From: Phoronis australis
Taxonomy: Eukaryota > Animalia > Phoronida
Length of the DNA: 64,000 bases
Assembly: GCA_002633005.1 (NCBI GenBank)
Contig: NMRA01000407.1
Span: forward strand, 347,162-411,161
Direction of reading: 5' to 3'
Positions 1 to 12,000 of this stretch are shown one piece after another. A program made the translations under genes and the position numbers. The number at the start of each line of letters is the position of its first letter. Within the stretch, counting starts at the first letter, position 1. The notes beneath the pieces are model-generated. The model searched no databases and was not told the DNA's origin. It was given only the letters and a program-made list of their open reading frames with translations.

Positions 1-2467
1 CAATGAAATGGCGTGTGAGGGTGGAGCTACATGTGTATATAAAATACCATCAATTTTAATGTTAGTTGCAATGTTTGGTTTTCATGAAAATGTGCCTGTG
101 TCCATCTTAGCAATAGGGCTGTTTAGTGTAGTGTCTGTCACCATCATTATGGGATTTGGAGCCGCAAACACTAAAGACCAGAAATGCACACTCACATCAA
201 ATGACCCAAAATTTCCGGGGAGGGGGGTCTTGAATACTTTTCCTCTTCGGGTAACCACAAGGGCATTTTAGGACTTGTGCTTATGTGTGTGGCAACAATA
301 GCTACACCCACTGCATGCTTTCAGGGATTTGAGAAGGATTGAAACCGACCACGTCAAAAGCTCACTGATAATTTCAAAGTGCTTTTAGTTAATAATTTAA
401 AGTACTATGTAAAATTTGGCATAATTATTCTTATTATTTTTAGTTACAGCATTATTTGACTGCATGGGTAAAAAATGTCAACATTGCGCTTGGAGTGTGT
501 GCAAGTTGGGGCACCTTTACTACGAATGGCCATATTATGAATAGCAGTGCCTCACATGTGTTACGTTTCAGCTTCCCGTTTGATTTCGAGCAGTCATAAG
601 CACCGAATGGAATACCGTATGCCTGGAAATTTTGTTTGACCTACACAAGACACAAAGGCACAACAATTACATCTAGGCAATTGAAATTGTCAAACTGCGT
701 AAACTATAATGAAAAAATCAATAAAATTGAAAGAGAAATAACGACCGGTCTAGAAAATCATAAACTCTTCTTAGCAAAATTACAGTAATTAAGGTTTTCT
801 TGTTTCCTAAGCAGGTTCATTTGCTCCTTGTTTTGCAATCACTATCCAGACAATCAATTAAATGTCTTATATTTTGCCAGAATCATTTAGCATGGCAAAA
901 ATGATAAAAGTGAACTGAAATGAGGATGTTGTAAAATGATTCATATTCTGGCACACTGAAAAGGAAGATGTTCAATATCAGCCAATTTAGTGCAAAAGCA
1001 TATAAATGTTAATAAAGCAGCAGTTTTTATAAGTGTTGATATAAAAAGATATTACCTAATATAGACTGATTTGATTGACTCAGACAGATATTTTATGTCT
1101 TACGCATCATTTTATTACAAATATAGTTGTTACAACTGCTAATTCATTGTGTGTGCGTGCCTGCATGTGTGTTGATTGCTCGAGTACTAGTTTTCTGTGC
1201 TGTAAGATGGCGTGTTGTATTGATATTAAAGGATATGGTGGTAGATTTGAGCGCCCCTTTTATCAAGGTGTGTTGAGGTGTCAAGTTGCATTTCAGGCCT
1301 CAACTGTAACAGTCATGTTTCAAAAGGGATCATATCACAGTAAGTTTACCTAATGCATGTAGCTTATTGATTGAGTTGTAATAAAGTATACATAACAGCA
1401 TTTCATCATTGTTGCATACTATTGCTTTTGTCTTTATTAACAGTGGTGAACATATTAATTAATGGGCTTTTCACCAGTAATGAATGGGAATTGTATTTTG
1501 TATCTTCATTTTGTTTCTAGTTTGCACTTTACCAATACAAATACAAGAGAGGAGTCAATCCCTCCTTTTCTTTTCACACGACCAAGTCTATCATCACAGT
1601 CATGGTTTCTCCCCATCATTTATTCTAAAATTTTTCATTTGAAAGATTCCACAAATATGAAGTTTTCTGTAGGCATTCCATATTTCCAAAAAAGATTAGG
1701 AAATACTGCTAATTAACATATATACTCCTAATTAATTTAATGCAAAATTTTACAAAAAAAACAACAGAAAATTAGCTAAAAAGTGGGACAGTCAAATTTA
1801 TGTTCTTGATTCATCCAAGTAGTGGATGAGAGTTTATGCTTGCTCCCTTAATTTTACTAACAATTTAAAATTAAAGTGGTTTCAGATTACTTTTTTTCAT
1901 CGAATTATCCCCAAAAACTACTTTCTGGTCAACAATCTCTTTTACATTTTGCAAAAAAAAACAGAGAAATTAACATATCTTTACCAACTAAGATTAAAAC
2001 ATGGAGCAATTTATGGACTGCTATAATTCAATTGCTAATTTCAAAAATCCAAAACTTACTTATTCTCTCCTCAAGAAATGTAATTGTCTTTTTTTGGTAA
2101 AGTACATTAATCAGATAGAATTAATTCAATCATTTGTTTGGAAAAGTATTACATTAACCAACAATGACTTATTATGATAGTCATCCTCCACATTAACTGT
2201 TTAGGAAGGAACCTTACTTTGTGCTGGAGGCAATTAATATGAAATATTAAGTTAGTAGACGGCTCTTCTTTTTGTTTGATTGTTACATGCAGTATCTGGT
2301 CTCAAAATGTACTTTTGTTTGTGCGAGCATTAAGGTGTGTCTGTGTCTGGGTGGATGGGTGGATGCGTCAAATAGTCATACTCTCCTTCATCTGTATATG
2401 ATATTAGTGTCTATCTCTTATAGAGGTAAAAGTATTTAGTTAACAATTTAATCAATGTTGAATGCTC

Positions 2468-3310
2468 AATATAGATTATTACATGGCCAAGTCGTTATCC
2501 CCTGTTACCTAGAGCCCGAGTGGATTTTGTAGAATTATCACCCTCGGGCGATAATTCTCCAAGAGGGTTCTAGATAAGGGGAATAACGACTCATGTAATA
2601 ATCTATTCATACCACATACTGAACGAGAAACATTGCAATGAATCGATCTACCTTTCTCGACTCGCCTCGGCTTTGTAACTACTTTCTATGTCAGAGGCTA
2701 GGGGTCGGAGGTCGTGACCTTTTAAGAAAAGCCGAGCTATTTTTGTCAAATAATGCTTTTACTCAAACCAATTGAAAAATAAAACAAAATAGAAATAAAG
2801 TGAATCTATAAATTAAGGTTTAGCAACTATTATAGCTTACTACACATTTTATCATGCTAAGCTTCGACCGGGAAAATATCGTCTGCTAAAGTAGGTTACC
2901 ACTAGTAACTGGCTATAATGCTCAAGTCAAAGGATTCCGACGACACGATACCCGCATTCAAAGTGGAGATCGGTGATTTACAAAGTGAGAGAATGCGAGA
3001 CAAAAATTTCACTGAATTCAAAAATCGTTTTTATGAAAATTATGCATCTTATTTTTCATAACGTATAATTGTCGGTGCAATGCCCTTTGCTGAACATGCG
3101 ATTGTTGCGCGTGCTCATTTAAGAATTCTATTTCACGTTCGATGACGTCAGCCGCTGAGTGGTGTAGTGGTAAAGTCGGCAACTCGAAACTTGTGAGGCC
3201 CGGGTTCGAATCCGGCCTCGGTTTCCCGCCAAAATGTTATTTCACTAGTGAGATAACTGGGTTATTACACAGTTGTATCTGCCATTCAAGGCTAACAGTG
3301 TGGTATAAAA
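2468..3310 (+). mobile_element. Foldback/HINE-like element with 5' hairpin of about 140 bp and an internal tRNA-like cassette
   Basis: 2468-2607 is self-complementary. ATACCACA (2609) / TGTGGTAT (3299) subterminal repeat. A box TGGTGTAGTGG and B box GGTTCGAATCC at 3150-3222. Confidence 0.55.
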
Positions 3311-4058
3311 TACGATATTCATTCAAAGAAAGTATTAATGTGATTTCGATCATATGGTTCTCTAAAACTGGTCTCGAAATGTCATGTTCTTGACTCACGA
3401 GATGTGGTTTGTGGGCTTAGAAACAACCGACAGTTGGTTGCTTGTGAGATCATGCTTTCAACCCATGATGACAAATTGTAGAGTCTGGTCTCAAGCAAAA
3501 ACAAAGTTAACGCTCATTTTTTCCAAGACAATAAATCAACTCCAACTTGATTAAGGAACAATGTGACACCAAGTTCTTGATGATAAATAGTCTAAATGAA
3601 AAAGTTAGTTTTCATGACAGAAAATGAATTTATCACCATTTTAATAGTAAAAAATATAAAAGATAACTACAATGAAAAAAATTGTTATGCTATATTTTGT
3701 GTGATACAACTTAATTTGTAAGAGAATGGAGACTAAAAGGATACTAAGCCCTGTTATGGTCATTTCACACAGAACAAGTTTCATCAGCGGCTATCTACAA
3801 TATGCACTGATTTCACATGAGATATAAAAACCATTTTAAATACATCCTCATTGCGTCACAAAGTGGTTTTTGCGGTTCAAGGTAGGCGTCTTTGAACACA
3901 GCTCAGACAATCATATTTCGTGATTTAGCGCACCTTGTGTGGATTCTACAAACTCGATTAGATCTATTGAACATTGATAATCTTACAAAGCATCATTTTT
4001 CAAAGACTTAAATGAGCTAGACCCAAGCTCTCATAGTTTGCAAAGATGTGTCACTTAC

Positions 4059-6441
4059 CAAAGAGATCCAAATGCAAAGCATGCTGTCGCCAGAGGTATA
4101 CCAACAGGGCACTCTTTTTCCCAGTCATCTGAGCTGATCTTTTTTACACATGACAAGTATACAATAAAGAACAGAGCTATGAGGATTGTCATGCTGATGA
4201 GGGCAACACCAGCATGCAGCCACTCACTGAAAAATTAAAGATAGCAGTGTCAGTGTGTGCATGCTCTCATTACTGTTATGTAAGACCCTAGAAAAATGTC
4301 CAGTTTGACTACTTTTGGAACGTCCTATGTCAGAAATGGCAACTGATCAGATCGAGAAGAAACTTTCAGATGTTATGCAAAATGATGTGTTCTGAAAAAA
4401 CCTGATAAGAATTATGTCCTCGACATCAAAGATAAGAACCATGACACCCAAAACATGACCTCGAAGACCAAGACACAGCCGAAGACACTTAATTAAAAAC
4501 TTGCGTGTGACAGTCTTAGCTACAACCAGACTTTTGACCTCTGATAAAATGGGCCGTATAATAAATTACGTACCGTTTAACAACTGGATCGTACATTACA
4601 GCAATGTAGAAATCAGTGAAGTGGAAAACAGCAATGGATGACAAGAGCCAGAAGATGTTAGACAAGCTGTAACGGCTCTCTGGCTCCTGTGTCTCCTCTA
4701 ATCGCCTTTTTGCTTCTTCTTCTGAGACTATAATTAAAGTGAGGTGTGATATGACTCAAATTAACCAAAATTCTGAAATTAACGCGACATTTTGCTGAAC
4801 AAACGAGGATTCACAACCGACATAAATTTAGCAACATCATCTAAATGCCAACAATTTCTCTCAAGCTCAATGAAATGAATTTTTTCCTTAATGACAAAAA
4901 ACTGTATAATTATTAAAAGAACAATCTATTGCAGAATAGTTGTAACCAATGAACAATAAAGTATGTCATGAGAAATAAAACAAAACAGGTAGCATATTTG
5001 CAATCATTTTCATTTCATTTACAAAATAAAAAGTCAAGTACTTTTCACAAGTTCTGCAACAAAGTTTAATCCAATATTAAAGCTTTTATCTCATTCTTTT
5101 AAAATTATGTATGCCCCCCAATTTTTTAAATAACTGCAATATTTCATAAGTTTGGAGAATTTGTCACAATTTTAGTGTTTTCAGGAGCTATCACTGATAA
5201 TTTAAGAATGCGCAAGCACCAAAACAATGATTGTATGTCTCTCCTTTGTAGTAACAAGTGGGTATTTTTTCAGCCAAATATGGCAAGGAGAGGTGCAACT
5301 GAAACTGACAGTTTGTTACCCAGAGGTACACGTTAGCTAGAATTCTTGAGAGACAGGCACACTGGCCAAGGAAGTCTGGATTATATCAGTTGGGAATTGG
5401 GTTTTAAGCCCAGCTTGGGCATTTAAAAGTGTAAATTTGGTGGAAATTTTTGGGTTTTGGGTTGGGTGTTAATCAAGACAAGTAGGGTAAGGCTTAAATA
5501 TGAAGAATTAAGAATAATTTAGATTGAACAAAGCAAAAAAATAAAAACATGTCAGTAATGGAAATAGTTTTACTAATAGTAATAGGATGCCCCAGACCAC
5601 TCTACAGAATGGTCGTGATGTAATCTCAGGCACTTCAGGAACTATAAACTGGACATGTTATTATCACTGACATGAGTTGGAGAAAGCTTCGATTTCAGTA
5701 GAAGCAAGCCTTTATTTGAGTAGGAGCAAGCCTTGATTTGAGTAGTGACAAAATAACGCATCAGCTTTTTGGGAAGATTTTAGTGCTTTGACAGCGAATT
5801 TGTTGCGAACTTGCTGGAGCAGGATACCGTGGTAAGGCGTGGTACTGAGAAAAAAGAACATTTGCTCATGGTTTGTTGAACCCGTTTTGTGTAAATTTAT
5901 TGTGTTTTGTGTTTGACACAGACAGCTGAAATGAAGCACCTGTCTAATTTCTAGTCCTTAGTGTCATACCTTGAAGTATATTTGTAGAGAATTGGGGACG
6001 ATCAGATGCTGAGCCTGGCTGAGGACGCCTGTCAAGGTGGTTGCAGCCGTAAATAAAATGCGTGACGTAAATTGGTCCCAGATTGACATGCTTCGAGTTA
6101 TTCCAGAAGTGCCTGTTGGGTGACCATATTGGATAACAGTTGTGCACCTTTCTCTTTCTTTTAGAATATTTTCGAGGGGCTGATTACGGATGCCTGTGGT
6201 TGAAAATAGGGACCCCCGCGGCCCGGGGCAATAGACAGAGGATATCCGACCAGTGCGGTTGTTAAAACATCGATGTAACTTTCATAGAAGAAAATTTAAA
6301 TGCATGTCACGAGACACATCGTACAAATAAAATACTACCTCCCATGAACGATTCCTTCATTCGTTTTTGAACTCTCCTTCGCAGTTCACTATCAGAAATC
6401 CCATGATGTCCTAGAGTTTGTTTTGGTTCACCGTCCTCCAT
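4059..6441 (-). CDS. TMEM128: Transmembrane protein 128 (partial; coding exons 6441-6339, 4727-4574, 4226-4059; last exon not found in window)
   Basis: Spliced translation MEDGEPKQTLGHHGISDSELRRRVQKRMKESFMG/VSEEEAKRRLEETQEPESRYSLSNIFWLLSSIAVFHFTDFYIAVMYDPVVKR/EWLHAGVALISMTILIALFFIVYLSCVKKISSDDWEKECPVGIPLATACFAFGSL. It resembles vertebrate TMEM128 from memory (LRRR, FWILASI..YYVDF, IVYL, YPALIPITTASF). GT-AG sites and phases 1,2,2 are consistent. Confidence 0.8.
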
Positions 6442-6700
6442 TTTGAAGTTAGCACAAGAAATCTAGTCTATCAATAGTTTCCCATTACAAGTTATTTACT
6501 TATATTGTTTTCCAAATGACATTCTATACAAATAAAAAAATTTTATTGTATATTAGCGTATTTTATAAGAATTATAAACATGAAACTAGTCGCTTGTTCT
6601 TCCAGGTATTTGTACTAAATCAAATTACAAAACGGTCTTTCAAAGGTCAAGGACGCGTCTTGTTGTTACTGCTTTGCTGGCGCTGATCTGGGGTTCAGGT
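6442..6700. promoter_or_regulatory. Probable bidirectional promoter for TMEM128 and the sideroflexin
   Basis: TMEM128 ATG is at 6441 on minus. The sideroflexin ATG exon has an acceptor at 9012, so an upstream UTR exon is needed; candidate donor CAG/GTATTC at 6698/6699. Inference. Confidence 0.5.
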
Positions 6701-7327
6701 ATTCAGAATTTTCAGTTTCATATTCAGACAAAATTTTTGCAGTACTTCACATTAACTGAAATATATAAATCTTTCACGTCCTATGTGACATATTTAGCTG
6801 TTCATTTATCTACTGATTTTGATTGTGAGATGTAGGTCTGTCTCAACCAGTGGCAGTGCCTCCAGTCCAGTGCCTCACTCAGCTGTCTGACGTTGGGTTA
6901 GTAGAATTACATCATCCTTTTGATAAGGTTCTACGCTTAGTGTTTATTTATCTGCAAGTAGTTAAAATGGGTCATGAATTCATGTCTTGACTGTTGTCTT
7001 AGTGTCTGTGTTATTGAAATGCATTCTGATTTTTTTCTCAAATCTTGTCAAAAATCCAGTTAGAAACCACAGGCGTCCTCAGCTTCTGATCGTCCCCAGT
7101 ACACTATATAATACTACAAGGTATGGCACTCTGGACTAGAAATTCCATGGGTGCTTCACCTCAGCTGTCCATAGCAAACACAAAACTCAATAAATTTACA
7201 CAAAACAGACATTCAACAAACCATGAGGAATTGTTCTTTCTCCTAATACCATTTACGGTGTCCTGCTTCACCAAGTTCGCAAGAAATTCGCAGTCAAAGC
7301 TCAAAAATCTTCTCAAAAAGCCCATCT

Positions 7328-7517
7328 GGAGCAACTCCTTGGTCCCGCGAAGGCCAAGGACGATACAGAATTATCCGATGAGTTACGGTTGAATGGCAAT
7401 CGTCGATTTGTCACGGAAAGTTATGAAATCGAGACAAATCGGCAATTGCTGTTCATCCATAACTGATCAGATAATTCCATATCATCCTTGACCTTTGCGG
7501 GACCAAGGAGTTGCTCT
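7328..7517. mobile_element. Palindromic foldback MITE of about 190 bp
   Basis: GAGCAACTCCTTGGTCCCGCGAAGGCCAAGGA...GATTTGTC / GACAAATC...TCCTTGACCTTTGCGGGACCAAGGAGTTGCTC, arms of about 80 bp. Confidence 0.8.
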
Positions 7518-7536
7518 GGACAGGTAAGAGAAGAAA

Positions 7537-7618
7537 CCTCAGCCCCCCTGTCTGTTGAGGCTAGGATTCACGAGAGAATTGAGAATCCTAGCCTCAACAG
7601 ACAGGGGGGGGGTTGAGG
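7537..7618. repeat. Hairpin with arms of about 30 bp
   Basis: CCCCCCTGTCTGTTGAGGCTAGGATTC / GAATCCTAGCCTCAACAGACAGGGGGG. Confidence 0.85.
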
Positions 7619-9018
7619 TTTATCTTACCTAGGACGTGGGACAGGGCGCTGAAGAGGATCCCGCGAAAACTGTGCGACAGATCACATGACGAGTCACGTG
7701 ACAACTCAGTGGTCTGATGAAGTCCTCGAGAGGACGACGTAACATAGCCATCTCTATATAACCGGGTTCTTATATTGGGAGTATTGCACTGTATCTTACT
7801 CACGAGAATTTTATTTAGACAATTTCACTGACAAGGATGGATAAATCTGTAGACAGATAGAATAACTGCTCTCAATAGACTTGGAATTTTAGTTATCTTA
7901 TACCCTGAGAATTAATTTGGTTAAGAATACATTACAGTCATGGCAGACTTTTTAAAAAACTGGCGGGTTTGTTCTGGCTTGGTTTGATAGTATATGATGC
8001 ACTAAGGTTGTTGGTAATACCACGTTATTGTCTTCAGCAAGAGCTGAGAGGGGGTGATTGGTCTGTCAAAAAGAATGTTGCCAAACTGGGTTTCCGCAGT
8101 TGAATACTTTATCCATTAACACATGAAATTGCAATAAACACATCAGATCAAGTATACAATTTCTGGATAAACTACAACACCTTGTCATTGGTGCACACCG
8201 TAGTTGTATAATCTCTTTGTGATTAATACTTTTATCAATAAAGCATTTCATGAAGTGATCAGTCTGATTGTAGCAAGGTTATGATTATGTAAGATGTTAT
8301 CAAATCAAGGTGCAGGTTTCAAGGTCAATAACACTGTGTCAGTCTTAATTTTAGATGTGAGTGAGGATATTGAGTTTGTGCACAGTGTCAACTGCATTTT
8401 CCAACTTTTGTTTCATTCATGCCATTTTTACATTTTTGTATTGTAAAGTGCCTACTAGTATTCTTTGTGCCTTTTAAAAAAGCTACATTCCATTTTATTG
8501 CGGACATAAGATTTTAACAACGTGAACTTTAAGTGCCTTGAGTGTGGTTGGTGTTCAGGTTCTATTGTAAGGTTTTTTGTGTGTGGTAAGAGCTTGCAGT
8601 GTGCGATAAGAGTTTGAGGTGTGTGGTAAGAGTTTTCCGTTTCAAGACACCTACAGGTGTTAAATGTGTCAAACTTGCTCTTTACTCAGATGAGAAACGA
8701 TTTTCAAATACACCACCTGGTGTTTAAATCAGAGAACTAAGGGTAAATCTGATGGACAGTGCCAGTGAATGGGAAGGGTGAATGGAGTTGTGGCTGAGTT
8801 GCGATAAACTAGAGTTCCTCGTGGAGTCGTGGTTTTTGTTGGAAAGTGACCTAAATTAAAAGTTGGTTTGTGTGAAAAATGGAAGGACTAGTACCTCTTC
8901 AACAAAATCCTATTGGGTTAGGTAGCAAGTTAAAGTCAGACTTTGGCCTGTTCTTCATTGTTGTCGTGGAAATGAACGTAATGCATGTTTACTTAATTCT
9001 TCTCTATTTCAGGAAAGA

Positions 9019-12000
9019 ATGTCTTCCACAGGTTTAGGTGAGTAAATGGCCAAGGTTTTGCCATGAACAGCACTGCTGTTCTCCATACAGTGTCTTGAAA
9101 TTCATGGATTGCTTTGTTACCAAGTTTTTTTTAATTTGTTAAACACAGCATTTCATTAAGTTAACACTTATCATCCTTAATTGGTAGTTTCTCCAATAGG
9201 ACTATCCAGTAAATCGTCTCGCTCAAGACATCGTCAGTGGCAATTTGTTCTTAATGGCCCCATCAGTAAAGCTAAAAGTTCATATTTAAACTGGAAATTT
9301 TGAGTTTTTATTCATTGTACACAGCATCTAGGGGCCGTCAAATGTGAACTTGGTTCAGAAACTCATTTGCATAAACCATAATGTATTCAAGCAGTTACAC
9401 CTCTCTTGAGTTCATTCAAAAGAATGGAAAAGTGGAAAGTGTCAAAATAAGTTTGAATTAGATTTTAGGTGGAAAGAACAGATCCTGGCTCCTAGTTGTT
9501 CTTAAAAACTCAATTTGCTACATTGCAGTGTTTGTGAAAAGTGGTTCTTGGGTTATATATATAATTTCACACTGCTATAGTGCAGGCCCTGATTTATTTT
9601 CGCAAACGTAAAACTCCAGTGAGTCCAGTCCTTTTTTCGTTTTGTAATTTTACAAATTTAAATAGCTTGAAGGTGCAGCACCAAAGTTTAGTGCGTAATA
9701 CGTAGATTTGTTATTTCAGCCGATACACACAGTTTGCCATATCGGATCAACTTAGATGAGCCTCGATATGATCAAAACACCTACGTGGGAAGGGCCAAGC
9801 ATTTCTTCATTACAACAAATCCGCTGAACTTGTTCTGTACCAGCGAGACACTTCGCAAGTCAAAGGAGCTTGTTCAGCAGTACAGGTTGAGTAATGTTCC
9901 CTGTCGTGTGTCAGAATTCTGGCCAGTGTAGATATTAATGCTCTGTATCGCGTTCTGGTTTCAATTACCTCCAAAATGGAATTTTTGGTTATTTTAAAGC
10001 AAAATCATAACGGCGTTATTGAGTCTTAACGTAGAGTTTTTGTTTAAAAAAATATTTAATGAAATTGGCTGGGGCATACTTTGCTATAAAAATACCTTTC
10101 TTGCTCATGAAAATTTGATTTAAAAAATGTGGTCATGTGACAATAATAAAGACATGATAGTGATTGTAGTAAGAAACATATTTTTAGAATCCTCGATCTT
10201 TCTCCTTTTAGAAAATATATACTTCTAATGGTTGATAAAGCATAGTGTTTTTGATGTTTGAGTTTAGAGTAGAGGTGATTTATTAAGGTCCTAGATAGTT
10301 TAAGGTTATGTAGGACCCTATAAAAAAGTTGCATTTTGGTCAACTTTGGAACTGTTCTCCAAAACGCTTATAGGAATTGTTTTTAAAATGTCTCAATTTT
10401 GCATGAGGGACTATCATAAAATAGGACTTATATAATTTTTGTGAAAAAAAGTTGCTTAAAATGAAAATGAAACGATAAATTAAAAATCTGAATCAGCGCT
10501 TTTGAGAGTTTATCTTGAACATTACAAAATTTGGTCATGAAATTGATGCTGTTGTTTCGTTATGATGCACCTTTCTGTTTTGCTAAATTTTACGAAAAAA
10601 TGTGGTCACGTGACCTTATTAATGGCAAACTGTTGCTGAGTTAAAGCCTAAAGTTTTGTAGATATTTTGCTAAGTGTATACACTTGTCATTATGGTCCTA
10701 CATAATGGAAACGATTGTCAAGGCATGGTCCTACATAATGGAAACGATTGTCAAGGCATGGTCCTACATAATGGAAACGATTGTCAGGGCATGGTCCTAC
10801 ATAATGGAAACGATTATCAGAGCATGGTCCTACATAATGGAAACAATTGTCAAGGCATGGTCCTACATAATGGAAACGATTGTCAGAGCATGGTCCTACA
10901 TAATGGAAACAATTGTCAAGGCATGGTCCTACATAATGGAAACGATTGTCAAGGCATGATCCTACATAATGGAAATGATTGTCAAGGCAGTTCACATGAA
11001 CCCTATTTTAAATAGACAATGCTTTTTGACTTTCATGTATGGAGCTTCAAGCTGATCAACAAAAAATATTGTCAAAAGTTAGACCAGTAGTGGTTTGAGT
11101 GAGACTATGTGCCTTTAAACTGAGACAAAACATATCTCAAATGGTTTCATCTAAAAGTACCACTCATGAGCTAGAGGTTTTAATTCTCCTTATTTCAAAA
11201 CTTGCAGGTTAATGCCCATGCCCGGGTAGTCGCCCATCCCCATCTTTTGCCAAATTTTGATGTAAGCGCCCACTGTTCGGGTAATCACTGCCCTCCACTT
11301 TGCGCAAATTTCAGCTTTGTCGGGTAATCACCCATCCCCAACGTACTGCTAAAACAACTTGAGCTTGGACTTGTGCTTTTGTTTGCAGCTTTGCCTCGGG
11401 CTCAGATGTCAGAGGTCAGTGTTTGAGGAAACATGGCATGCTTATGTCCGATAGTCTGGCAAAGTGCATTTGTGCTGCAACTACCTCTTGTTAAACTTAT
11501 TAACTGGTCTCTTGTTAAATTAATGTAGGCCAATTCTGTAGATTATTACAGGACTGGCATTTTTCTGCTACGAGATTAGTTATCGTTCAGTAATGATGTC
11601 GATCAGACTGTGAAGTTATTCGCGTGTGCAAGTTGTACGCACGGAGCACGTGATTGTGCTAGATTTATCTCGGGTCGACCCAGGTTTAAATTGAGCAATT
11701 AATCACACCCCCTCTTGCAAAGTTTAGGTCGGGCCAGGAACGAATTGTCCATGTTTTAATTAAGGAAACGAAATGTAGCCACGTTCACTGATCTGAAACA
11801 GTACATTCTGATACGGTAAGTGGACTGCTATTCGAGTTTCATAAAGTTCCACGGTATGACATTTTGCAGTACGCAAATATATTTGAAAACATCTGAGTTT
11901 TTAGCAATGTTCTCGCGAAATCACCCTTTCAAAGTCCTGTTTTTGTTTGAGCCGTGAGCAACTTTGTGGTTGTCGGGTTCCGCTGATTGACCAAATTTAG

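Noticed and set aside
3150-3222. Possible functional tRNA
   Set aside because: Acceptor and anticodon stems pair poorly; treated as a tRNA-derived cassette.
6845-6880. CAGTG motifs as an iron-responsive element in the sideroflexin 5' region
   Set aside because: The required 5-bp upper stem around CAGUGN does not form.
9280-9430. Octamer-containing segment shared with 41450-41600
   Set aside because: Looks like an ordinary dispersed repeat fragment; no snRNA gene nearby.
10674-11015. Repetitive ORFs ([11 protein letters not shown])n and others; spaced look might suggest CRISPR
   Set aside because: Pure 33-bp minisatellite with no unique spacers, open in several frames, inside an intron of a eukaryotic gene.
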